From contig RHPI01002504.1 in NCBI GenBank assembly GCA_009103225.1, forward strand, positions 1 through 64,000: 64,000 nt of DNA, in the 5' to 3' direction. A program made the position numbers and the translations under genes. The notes beneath the pieces were generated by a model, which saw nothing but the letters and a program-made list of their open reading frames with translations, ran no database searches and was not told the DNA's origin. Position 1 is the first letter of the stretch. Each line of letters starts with the position of its first letter. Of the stretch, positions 19,664 to 31,019 are shown piece after piece. The stretch is from Chlorokybus atmophyticus (lineage: Eukaryota > Plantae > Mesostigma and Chlorokybus algae).

Positions 19664-20430
19664 ATGAACATCATCCCCGGATCGTCCCTCGACGACCGCA
19701 TGGCGCAGATCATAGCAGCACCTCCACGACAACCAGGCCGGTCAAGCCGGATCAGAACCTCTCGATGGGCGCCTCGACGACATGGAAGTTGCGCTGGTGA
19801 CGCCGTCGGCCGCGGCCTCGCCGCGGCGACGACGGCCGCAGAGTCGCGGTTGGGAGAGCTCGCGGATCGCGTGAGCGCCGGCTCGCAGCTCGCGGACTCG
19901 CGAACTTCAGCCGTCGAGGCGCGCGTGGGAGAACTAGCGACGCGAGTCGCCGAGATGAACAAGCGCCTGTCTGCCCTCGACGCGCGACTCATGGAAGTGA
20001 CTAACCGCAACGACTCTGGGATCCAGCGCACGAGGGAAGCGGCGACGCGCATCTCGGACATGAAGCACGCCTCGCGGCCATGGATGCGCGGGTAGGCGAT
20101 CACGCCAACCGCAACGATACTTCGCTGCAACGCGCGGGGGAATTGGCGTCGAGGGTCTCCGATATGGACATGCGGCTCGCGGCCACTGACGCGCGGATCG
20201 CAGAGCACGCCAACGGAGACGACGCTGCGATCCAGCGCGCCGGAGACATAGCGACGCTCGTCACCGACATGGACCGGCACCTGGCCGCCATCGAGGCGCG
20301 GAATACTACGGAATTTTCGCCATCAGCAACAAACACGGGTGCTGGGGCCCCGGACGAGATACATACCGTCGCCCAGCGGGTCGACGCGCTGGAACGTAGA
20401 CTGGACAACCGGCTCAAGCTCATGCATTGA
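19664..20430 (+). pseudogene. Coiled-coil protein with ~35-aa repeats, frameshifted
   Basis: ELATRVAEMNKRLSALDARLMEVTNRND / ELASRVSDMDMRLAATDARIAEHANGDD / DIATLVTDMDRHLAAIEAR; ORFs 19373-20095 and 20080-20430. Confidence 0.6.
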
Positions 20431-22147
20431 CGACTCTAGCTGATCTACGATAACTTGCTGAGCCCTGCATGTACATGACGCTGACTGTGTAACGCCTGGT
20501 TGTTCAGGCGCAAGAGCGGCTTGCGGTGCGCCTCCTGCAGCGCACAACGCATGTCCTTGCTACTGGTTTACTGGCAGCGTTCACTTCAGATGATTAGTCC
20601 ATAAGCTGCTGGTATAATGATTGTGTAATCGCGGCCAATGTATAGTGTGAAGCAAATGCTGCAGACCCAATCAGCGGTGTCCTCAAGATAGCGCGCCCTT
20701 CACAACCTGCGCCCTTGCATGAGGTACCACTGCCTGCAGGTTGAGAAGGCGATAATTGTGCAAGTCTTACACCTTGGTTTCCTCCATGCAAGAACTCATA
20801 TGGTATGTGTAAGTGCTATTCAAAGAGTTGATGTAGTGCCCGGAACGATGCTCTACTTTTGTTCTTGATTGGAGGCATACCCAGGATTGTGACTGTTTGC
20901 CGTCAGCGTGCGTGGCGTGCACATTGCAGAGAGCGCAAGCTTATCCACGATACTATCAATGGCGCTTTGATCGAGATTTTCAGAGCGTCTACTGCACGAA
21001 AGACCGAGCATATATCCTTAAAGTCTTGTCCCACGACGTCGTCGCCAACTGTCGCCCGTGCGGGCTCCATGCCACGGTCTGCGCCCCCCCGCAACTGTGG
21101 CCCCTGATGTTCTTTTGTGCAAAGCAAGCATACCTGCATATCACACGCGGTCTGCATTGCTGCTAATAGTTAAAAGACAGCAAGCAGGTCAAGTGTGCAC
21201 CTGAAGTTGGAGTGTTACGTGTTCACGCACATACCCACTGCAGTGTAACAGAATGCTGCCAGCCGCGATGCTGGGGCATGTGCTTTTCCATTAAACACGA
21301 GCGCCAGCATATGCACAGGTATGCGAGTGAAAGTATTACACGGCAATGGCTGGTGTAAACCCCTGACGTGACCCTGACTGCGCCATTGCAGAGCGGAAAG
21401 CGTCAGGGTTGCACTGTTTTTCATCAGGCAGCAAGCAACGTTACGCACACACAGTAGACTACCTCTGATGTGTGCAAACGCTGACCCTAAGCCACGCACG
21501 GCGAGCAAGCATGTGGAACGACTGACCCGAACAACCAACGGCGCGCGCACATGCACTGCCTTTTGCAATACAACCACACATGACATGCTCCCCGCTGCTC
21601 ACCTCTCCCACTCTCCCGCTCAACCAGCCAGCCGCACTTCACAATCAGCGCTTGTATAGTTCCAGTGGTTCCTGTGGTTCTTCCCCTCCTCGTTGTCCTC
21701 CACACCCGCCTCCGCCTCTCCCTCGCCGCCATCCTACTGCTGCTGTGCCAGTCTGCCACTTGCTGTCAGCAGCAGCAGCACCCACCTTTGCTGCAGCGAA
21801 GCTCTCAGCAATCGATATAAGCATACTTTGCTGCAGACTTCCGAGTCGAAACACTTCCGACAGTAACTACTGTCTTGCAAAGAGCATACGCGGCGGCGGC
21901 AGCGGAGGAGGACGCGGAGGTGGAGGCGGCGGCAGTGAAGGAGTTGGAGCAGGAGAGGGTGGGATGAAAAGTGTTAGTACCATCTGTGGCGTTTAGAAGT
22001 TGTTGCGGCCGTTTAGGGGTTTTGTTTTGTTTGAAGCAGTAGATACCAAGCCTGCTAGGCCGAGTTGGACTTCTCCGTCTTCCCAGGCCAGGCCAGAGCT
22101 AGAAGAGAGCGGAGGCGGCGGCGGCGACATCGTCACTTTCCTCGACC

Positions 22148-24029
22148 ATGGCGTCGTCCACGGCGAATTTCCGCAACCGCGACGAGCACCGCAAGCAGAT
22201 GGAGCTTGAGGAGGCTCGCAAGGCTGGTCTTGCTCCAGCTGAGGTGGACGAGGAGACGGGCAAGGAGATCAACCCTCACATCCCTCAGTACATGTCCACT
22301 GCTCCCTGGTACCTCAACGAGTCCAGGCCTACGCTCAAGCATCAGCGCAACTGGAAGCAAGGCGGGGGAGGCGCCGCCGCAACGCAGGCGGAATGGTATG
22401 ACAGAGGAGCGAAGACGTTCCATGCAGCCAAGTATAGGAAAGGAGCATGCGATAATTGCGGAGCAATCACGCATAAAGTCAAAGACTGTGTGGAACGCCC
22501 TCGAAAGGTATGTGTTGTTGCAACAAACGAGAATTGCACAGCTGCTGTGCTTCCATGCAACAGTACAAAGCTTATGCAGAGCAGTGTGTTTGTGGCACAA
22601 CACGAGACGGATTGTTGTGTTACTGCAAGGACAACAATTAACAGAACATTCTGTCTCGTGTTGTGTCCGTTACGCAACAAGCGTCTTTCTTGTATATTCT
22701 GGCTGATGCTTGTGTGCATGCACCCTTGACATGCACGCCAATCTTAGGCAGTTTGCTCAGAATCATACGCGCGCACAGACACGCCACTTTGCATGCGTGA
22801 TGGGCGTACTCCTGCACACTGCTCTCCCTGTGCAGGATGGCATTCATTATTGTTCAACCACCTTAATATGAAACCCTTGTGTGTAAGACAGCATTGTTTT
22901 CACTTCTTTGTCTGTAACAATTTAATTGCTATGAGCGACTTGCCTGTAGTTCCAACTCTTCGCTCTCTGCGTGCTCAGGTTGGTGCAAAGTGGACGAACA
23001 CCAACATCGCTCCCGACGAGAAGGTTCAGGACTTTGACCTCGACTACGAGGGCAAGCGCGATCGCTGGAACGGCTACGACGCCTCAACCTACTCGCGTGT
23101 CATCGATCTTCATGAGAAAGTAGATGAGCTCAAACGCCACACAACCAAGCAAAGAGAACTGCAGAAGAAGTTCACACAGAAGGAAGGTGCCACAGAGGAT
23201 AAGGAGATTAATGAGGAGGAGGAGGGTGACGACAACAGCGATGAGGATGATGTGGATGATGACGCGAAGCTCGATGAGAGCGAGCAGATGGATTTCGGCA
23301 AGGTCGAGAAGCGTGTGAGAACGGCGGGAGGCGGGTCCACGGGTACGGTGCGCAACCTGCGCATCCGCGAAGACACGGCCAAGTACCTCCGCAACCTTGA
23401 CACGAACTCCGCCTACTACGACCCCAAGACGCGCTCCATGAGGGAGAACCCAACACCCAACGCGGACGCTGACGCTGCCGTGTACAAGGGAGACAACTTC
23501 ATTCGTGGCTCGGGATCCACTAAGGACTTCCTCCAACTCAACCTTCACGCTTGGGAGTCATTTGAGCGCGGTCAAGATGTCCACGTGCAGGTATGTGTCA
23601 TGTAGGCATGCAGCACACAAGCCACTCTGTCAACTTGCATACACATACCTATGAATAACGCGGTGGTTTGTGCAGGCCGTTCCCTCCCAAGCTGAACTGC
23701 TGTATCAAGAGTTTAGGGGGAAGAAAGAGAAGCTCACCACCAAGACAAAGCACGCCATACTCGAGCAGTATGGCAATGCTGCTGCTCAGGACTTGGACAA
23801 TGATGGAACGGACATGCTTCCTGCCCAGACAGAGCAGTACGTCGAGTATGACAGAGCTGGAAGGGTAATCAAGGGCCAGGAGGCAGCGAAGCCGACGAGC
23901 AAGTATGAGGAAGACGTGCACGTGCACAACCACACGGCCGTGTGGGGCTCATGGTGGAAGGACCACATGTGGGGCTACGCGTGCTGCCATCAGACGATGA
24001 AGAACAGCTATTGCTTGGGACATGCGTAG
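22148..24029 (+). CDS. SLU7: Pre-mRNA splicing factor SLU7 (3' end uncertain)
   Basis: Exons 22148-22507, 22979-23590, 23676-24029; [13 protein letters not shown], zinc knuckle [45 protein letters not shown]...WGYACC. Confidence 0.95.
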
Positions 24030-26386
24030 ACTCTGCTGTGCAGGTGGTGACTCCTTATCTGCCTCTGCTTGTATGAACTTTTTGCTGCTGCAATATGTCC
24101 TGCCTCTGCTAGGGTGCAATCCCTAGCGGTCTAGCTGTAAGCAGGAAGTAGGTGGTACTGTACATCTGTAGAAGAGTTGTTCTAGGTGGCGTGTGGTCGC
24201 GCTGGTTTGGCCCGCCAAATCTGATTAAATGTCTTTTGCGCTTGCTTTGTATCTGACCAGTGTGGTATGTCGTTGTAGTTGCATGCTTCGGCTTGATGCG
24301 CAGAACTCTGCGCCAACGTGCAGGTGCAGCGGGCAGTGTTGTCAGAGGCGTGCAACCCCGCATACAACCTGGACAGCCTAAACAAATGTGTGCGCGGATT
24401 CACGTGGTTGTAAGTCCTGAAAGCAGAAACGACTGGCGCATATGCACACAAGACTACTTGCATGCCACAATCGTGCGTATACAAGCAGTCTCTGTTTGCT
24501 GGTGACATGCGCGCACATGTCACCAATAGTGCTTGTGTTGTGCATGCCACAACCCAGCATAACAGTCTTTTTACACATTTGAGTCTGCTGCTGCTGGCAT
24601 CGCTGCAAGGATGGAAGCGCTAACCAGCGCCCATGGTGCAGGTGACTCAATGCATGCATGCTGGTCTAACGGGGGTCAGGGCAGTAGTGAACTTAGGTAG
24701 TAAGTGAGTGGTTGACTGTGTGTAGACCGGTGGTTAATAAGCTTGGTAGTAAACGTTGCCGTGTGCTTTGCTTTTGCATGTGTGCTGTGGATTGCATATG
24801 TCAGCACGGTCATATGCATCACATTGCATATTTTGTACACACGCGCATGCTTAAGCAAACCCACACACGTATGCGCAGACAGCAGCAGTACTGGAGCACA
24901 TGTCAAGCCGAAACCGAACCGCAAAGAAAGGAGTATGTTGCTCCATCTCACACGCGTACACATGCATGGTGATAGTCAACAGGCATTACCACTGCGACAG
25001 CACTAGATTCGACTACACACCCAAACACATCGATAAAGATGGCTCACCTTTCCATGCACTGTGCAACAGTCAGTCGCGAGCAGGACTTGGCTGCCTGCAC
25101 GCAGGTTGGTTGTTACGTGTGCTCCTCCTTGTGGCGTGGGGCGGCCTCCTGGTTGTGGCCAATGCCGAGGGAGGTGAGCGCAGGGGGTGATGCAGAAGGA
25201 CGAGAACAAGGAGGAGAAGAGCGTGCGTGTAAGTATAGAGGATGCGTGTACACGTGGATGTGCGCATATGCACACATGCAAGCACCAGTGCATGCCCACA
25301 CATGCACGGGTGCGTGCACAAGCGCACACATGCGCAGCCGCATGACACTCGCATGCACACACACGCCGCACACAAGCGTGCACATGCTCACAAGTAGTTT
25401 CTGGGAGTTAAGTCTCCACTGCCAGTGCAATGCACCCGCCGCAAACACCTCCGCTACACGTGCTGATGGTAAGTGTATCAGCAGGCCGCTCATGATGCTC
25501 CTTCTCTTCATCTAGCGCATGTATGGCCCAGTCTGAGTGGGACGCTAGCTCCGAACCATTGGGTTGGGCCTTCAACCCGCACGCCACACCTCCACCCGTA
25601 CACACCCACGACAACACCCCCGCATCGCGCATCCTATCAAATTCGATACACTCTCACCTGAGGTTGGATGCCACAGTCAGCATATGTGTGTGATGTTGGA
25701 GTGGTGTTGTCGTTGGTACATGCGTCCATGTGCGCTTGCTTGCAACAGGGTGCGAGCTTGTGCCACAGTGTGCGTGAGCGCACTTGCGGTCCCCTGTACA
25801 TGTGCGTGTGTCCGTACTTGTTGTTGTGTATGCACCCGGTCGTTCAGAAGCTCCGGGCTGGGCCACGGGTCAATTGGGTCCAACCGGCCACCATTAGTCC
25901 CACCAACTGTCGTATGTGATGTTTGTTGGGTCAGTCACGGTGATGATGCCAGCCGTGCTGAGCACAAGATGCATGAAGTCGTGGTGGTTGCCTTGTACAG
26001 GATGACAAAGAAGTTGCTGGTTCATGAGTGCATGTGGTGTCGTGTGCCCTCATGTGCAAGCGCAAGGACTTGCACGCGTGTGGGTGGTTGTGCACGTGCA
26101 CATGCGTGTGCGCACATGTGTGAGCGTGGCTGCATGCGAGCATGCCTACATGTGTGTCTACACGCCTGTGTGCAGCAAGTGAGACACCTAAACCACAAGC
26201 AATCCAGCAACGTAGTACCTCAGAGTGCAGAACACCGTGTCATGGCACGACGTGAGCGCAGTGCAGAACATAAAGCCAGTTGTTGGCTCATACCCACCCC
26301 AGCAGGGACCCGCCCCTTGCGCTGAACCGATCTGGGACTCTGAACCTGGATCAGCTGATCTGGTTCCGTAACGACCTAACTGCCTG

Positions 26387-26395
26387 AAACCCTAA
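26387..26395 (+). promoter_or_regulatory. Telo-box AAACCCTAA upstream of SEC13
   Basis: Exact motif about 130 bp before the ATG. Confidence 0.55.
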
Positions 26396-26526
26396 TCTTC
26401 AGGCAGGGCGTGGCGGTGGCGTCGTTGGCGGTGGCGTCCGTGGCGCCTTCAGCGGCATAGGCGGGTTAAGCAGAGACGTCTCACGTGGTTGCTGGAGTTG
26501 CTGTGAGCCTATACTGGTCGTCCAAG

Positions 26527-27832
26527 ATGGTGACCACATCGCACTCAGTGGAGACTGGGCACGAGGACATGGTGCATGATGTTCAGCTTGATTACTACGG
26601 CAAGCGCATGGCGACGTGCTCAAGCGATAGGACGATACGCATATTTGAAGTATCCGGAGATCAACAGGTTGGCGAGGAATGGATGCAATGCTAGCACTCA
26701 GTGTGTTGTGCTCGCACTTGCCGCATGCCCTGGACGTCTGTTGCGCTCATTGGCCTGTTTCTGAAACACAAAGTTTGCATGTGGACAAGTGGGTTTCTCA
26801 CAGCATGTGTCTTTAATGCAATGGTGTTAATCTCAGCCTGATTGTCGAGTTGGTGCTTCGCAGACACCGCTTGCTTCTCTCACGGGGCATGACGGACCAG
26901 TTTGGCAAGTGTCTTGGTCGCACCCCAAGTTTGGCACCCTTTTGGCTTCCTGTTCATATGACCGCCGCGTGATTGTTTGGAAGGAAACCACAGACCAGGG
27001 CTGGATTCAGGTAACAATGTATCAGCTGCTATTGTTGTTTGCTTGTCTGCTACGCATGCATGGACACAAGAGCAAGCACTGCAGCAGCTGTTTACATTTC
27101 CATCAAACTATGTCAATTGAGCTGCACTGGCAGACAAGTGATAGCTGCGTTCAATGTATGTTGTTGAATCATTGCGCCATTTGTTGTGTATTACAGGTGT
27201 TCCAGTCGCCACCTACCCTCCACGAGTCTTCTGTCAATAGTGTTTGTTGGGCCCCACATCAGCTGGGCCTCATGTTGGCTTGCGCGTCTTCCGATGGGTC
27301 CGTGTCTATACTCACAAACCGACCAGACGGCTCATGGGACACCGCGAAGATAAAGAATGCACACTCGATAGGTTGCACAGCTGTCTCATGGGCTCCAGCT
27401 GTTGCTCCTGGTGCTTTGGTCTCATCCGGTGCGTCTCCCGGATCCGTGAAACGGTTGGTTTCATCTGGTTGTGACAATTTGGTAAAGACGTGGAGGCAAA
27501 GCGACAGCGGCGATTGGATAGAAGATCAGGTGTTGTCGGGTCACACAGATTGGGTGCGTGACGTGGCGTGGGCTCCCAACTTGGGGCTGCCCATGAACAC
27601 TATTGCGAGTGGGTCCCAGGATGGCACGGTTAGGATTTGGACTCAAGCCAAGGAGGGGGAGCAATGGAACAGGTTGGTTATGCATGACTTTAAGACGGTC
27701 GTATGGAGAGTCAGCTGGTCCATCACGGGGAACATTCTGGCAGTCGCAGCGGCGGGTGAAGGCGGGAAAGGTGTGACGTTGTGGAAAGAAACATTGGACG
27801 GGCAGTGGTCTCAGATATCAACTGTGCAATGA
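26527..27832 (+). CDS. SEC13: WD40 COPII/nucleoporin protein SEC13
   Basis: Exons 26527-26667, 26864-27010, 27197-27832; [46 protein letters not shown]. Confidence 0.96.
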
Positions 27833-29055
27833 CCATTGCCATGGCTGGTCTTGGTGTGCATGAGCGTGCTGCTGGTGCGTATATGCATGCCTTTGTATAT
27901 GAGCGTCTGTGCGTGATCGGTACTCCATACCAGTGTTGTCTACAATAGAGGTGTGCGTGCATCCGTACACCTGCAGTGTCTGCATCACCGCGGTTGGCAT
28001 AAACAACATCACTTGTATGGCAGTTTTGGTCAGCAAGACAGGGATGGTAGAAGTCTTGTGCACAGTAAATGTGAAAGGAACTGTGTTGCCAACGCACTTT
28101 ACACCATAGAGTCATGTCCAAAGAACATGCTGTCCTTAGAGGCGACCGAGGAGTTAGAGTTGTGAGGCTTGGCATAGGACTGTATGTCAAATAAATACAC
28201 TGTGAGGAGGTGAGGCAAGCATTTGTAGTGGCTGCTGAACTGCTACAAACATCCTCTAACACAAACACTACCCTGAACACATGCCCAGCACATTGATGAC
28301 GAGTTCTTGGCTGTGTTGGGGTGCAACTGCCACTAGACTACAGTTTACTTGTTGATGGCTCGGACAGTGAGCATGTTGGGTGCGCTCGGCTGCCATGCCA
28401 TTGGCACGCTCACGCAGTAGGGAACTCCTAGCCAATAGGCTAGGAGTCATTCGTGCTGACTTGGGTTGCAGGGTATCTTCACATTCTGGATAGCTGCGCA
28501 TGGGTGCGCGCAGAGCCTTAGACCTTAGATAATTCGTATGGCAGCATTGACCTCAGTCACAGCGAGGGTGTGTGGTTGAGAAAATGCTTGACTGCGAGCA
28601 TGCTCTGTATTTCGCATGACACAGAGACCTATATTTCACTGCGGCAGTGATCAGGGCGAAGGTAACGGAGTGTGAAGGAAAGACTGCATTGTGCGAACTT
28701 GTCAGCACATACCACGTGGATGTCCACATAGCTCTTGAGACAAGGAGTCCAGAAATTGGCATTAAGCGCATACTTATGATCAACAAGCACTCACCAACCT
28801 GAGTACTTGTTTGTAGGTACGCACTCCTACTTCTGCCAAGCAATTGAGTAGCTGCATGCTTGCTGGTTTGTGATACGCACTCCCTCCTAATGCTAACAGC
28901 ATAGCATCAGTACTGATACTAATCATAAAAACCGTCAAGCGCACTGGTGTGACCCCACCCGCAATGATATGCCTGTGTATGCTACGCTAACTGGCTCCTC
29001 ACCATGCGTGACAGTGCTAGGGTGCTTGTCAAGTGCAAAGCAGCCAACAATTGCA

Positions 29056-30102
29056 TCACGCCTCCTTCTCCAGCTCCCGGATGCGCTCAATGATGACCTG
29101 TAGCAATTGCTCACGCATCAGATCACAACCAAAGTGCAGCATAGCATGCTGCTGACAAGACAGCGACTGAGCCACTATCATGCGTTCCCTGTTTTACCTT
29201 TTTACTCGTCTCCTGGATCTCTCCCGCCATGATAAACTCATCAAGAATGACATACACCTGCCCATGCCGGGTCAACACGTCAACATGTTACTACAGTAGA
29301 AGTAACTGAATGCATCAATGCATATGTACGAACCTTGTGGAAGTTGAACACAAGGTCCAGCTCGCAGACGTTGCTGAAGAAGTGGTCCAGCACTTCTACA
29401 AAGAGGTGGATGCCCTCCAGGTAGGCCAGCTCATTGTCAGTGACATCCACGCAGAAGGAGAAAAACAACCCGGCGTAGCGCCGGTAGATGACCTTGTAAG
29501 TGCGAAACTGCAGCAGAGTAACCATTCAGTCTAAAAACCCACTGCCAGTGCACTATGCAAGCAGACGGGATGGGAGTAGCAGCATGATAGGTGGCAATGT
29601 GTATGACGAGCTCACCTCGACAAAGTTGGTGTGCTTGGGATCTCTGTTGACCACAAGCCTATGCACCTAAAGGGAACATTAGTAACCGCGGGTGACTAGA
29701 CAGCTCACATGCATCAATTGTGCAGTCGATTGGATTCTCCATCCGTTGCGAAGCAGCAGTACCTCTTCTTCCAATTTGTGCTTCTCTTCGTCTTCGAGCG
29801 GTATGTAGTATTTCGCCAGACGTGTCTTGCCTTGTCTGTTTTGCAACAACATGAAGCGTATCTGCATGGTGAGGGCCAACAGATTCAACTGATCAAGCAA
29901 CCACGGGAAGATCTGGAGAATGCTGCTGCATCAACACTCAAAGCTAGTACGTACGATAGCTCATGACAGCTTTGCAACAGGCAAGCGTCGGCACGCATGC
30001 ACCCAAGACAACTAACTAACAGACCGTTTGACGTGTGTTCCGCAGCCCGGCATGCGCATTGTACACAGTAAGTGTGTGTCAGTCGTTTCAAGCTCTTACC
30101 AT
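29056..30102 (-). CDS. AP2S1: AP-2 complex sigma subunit
   Basis: Exons ATG (30102-30100), 29861-29763, 29666-29616, 29510-29334, 29257-29198, 29097-29056; [41 protein letters not shown]. Confidence 0.95.
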
Positions 30103-30406
30103 GTTGGCGACGCGAAATGTGTGTCAGCGCAGTTCCCGCCCCGCCTCACAAAGCTGGCAACCCTGCTTGCATTAGCAGTGCGAACGGTTCCTTTCCCCCC
30201 TCTGAGGCGGCGGTTGAAAGCAACGGTGTGCTTTGGCAAAGCAGCTAAGCACACAGCCAAGGACAAGATGAAAGTAAACACTAGGCCTACAGCATCAGGC
30301 TAGGCTTCCTCCCAAAGGTCTCGTTGGCCGTCCCGCGCCTCGCCCTCCGCCCACTCCTTGGTGCACGACTCCGCCAGGTAACCACTAACGTAGTGGCACT
30401 ACGCCC

Positions 30407-30415
30407 AAACCCTAA
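30407..30415 (+). promoter_or_regulatory. Telo-box AAACCCTAA near the AP2S 5' region
   Basis: Exact motif. Confidence 0.5.
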
Positions 30416-31019
30416 CTTCGCACACGTTGTACTCAAATGAACTTCATGAATTCATTGCTACCAAGAAGCATGCTTATTACCGGTAAGAAGAAGTTGACAA
30501 TTACCTTTATACTGTGCCTCACCTGTTCTGTAGCAATGCTGAAAAATTGGTTCTGCGGAGTTTGCAGCAACTGCGGCGGCGGCGGCGGCACTCTCAGCGA
30601 CAGCTTCTTGTCTGTTAACTGTTGTCGGTGCTGCTAGAATTCTTGCTCTAGCTATTACAGCTGTATTTCTACCTCTGGTTCTTCTTGCGAATGCTTCGTC
30701 TTTGGCGGCTGCTGCGTACTTCATGGGCAGCTGGTGGCACATCAATATTGCTGCAGTTTAGCTGCAGTTGATGTTGCATGTGCGTACTGCAGGTGTTCAT
30801 GCAGCAGTTTCGAGCACTCAGCAAACACTTGGCGATATGTTCCTTGTCTTGTAAGTTATTGTTGCTGCCATGAATCTTGCTGTTGCTGCTGTAGCTATTC
30901 CAGCTGTACCTCCGTGTGTGGGGTTGGTCTTCTGCAGCTGCTCAGTGAGCAGTGCTCACTGCTTCATATGATGGTTGCAGCTGCTGGCATAGCGCTACTG
31001 TTGCAAAGGTGTCTGGGTG

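Larger units (their letters stand above)
6932..20430. mobile_element. Endogenous giant-virus (NCLDV-like) segment, decaying
   Basis: Abrupt switch to high-GC, CpG-rich, tightly packed intronless ORFs, including VLTF2-like, TBP-like, H4-like and small membrane proteins; many frameshifts and stops. Confidence 0.8.

Noticed and set aside
20897-21110. Possible exon AQAYPRYYQWRFDRDFQSVYCTKDRAY
   Set aside because: Isolated, no partner exons or recognisable domain
25200-26200. Cys/His/Ala-rich ORFs (CVCACV...) here and in many introns
   Set aside because: Translation of CA/TG microsatellite-like intron sequence, not coding
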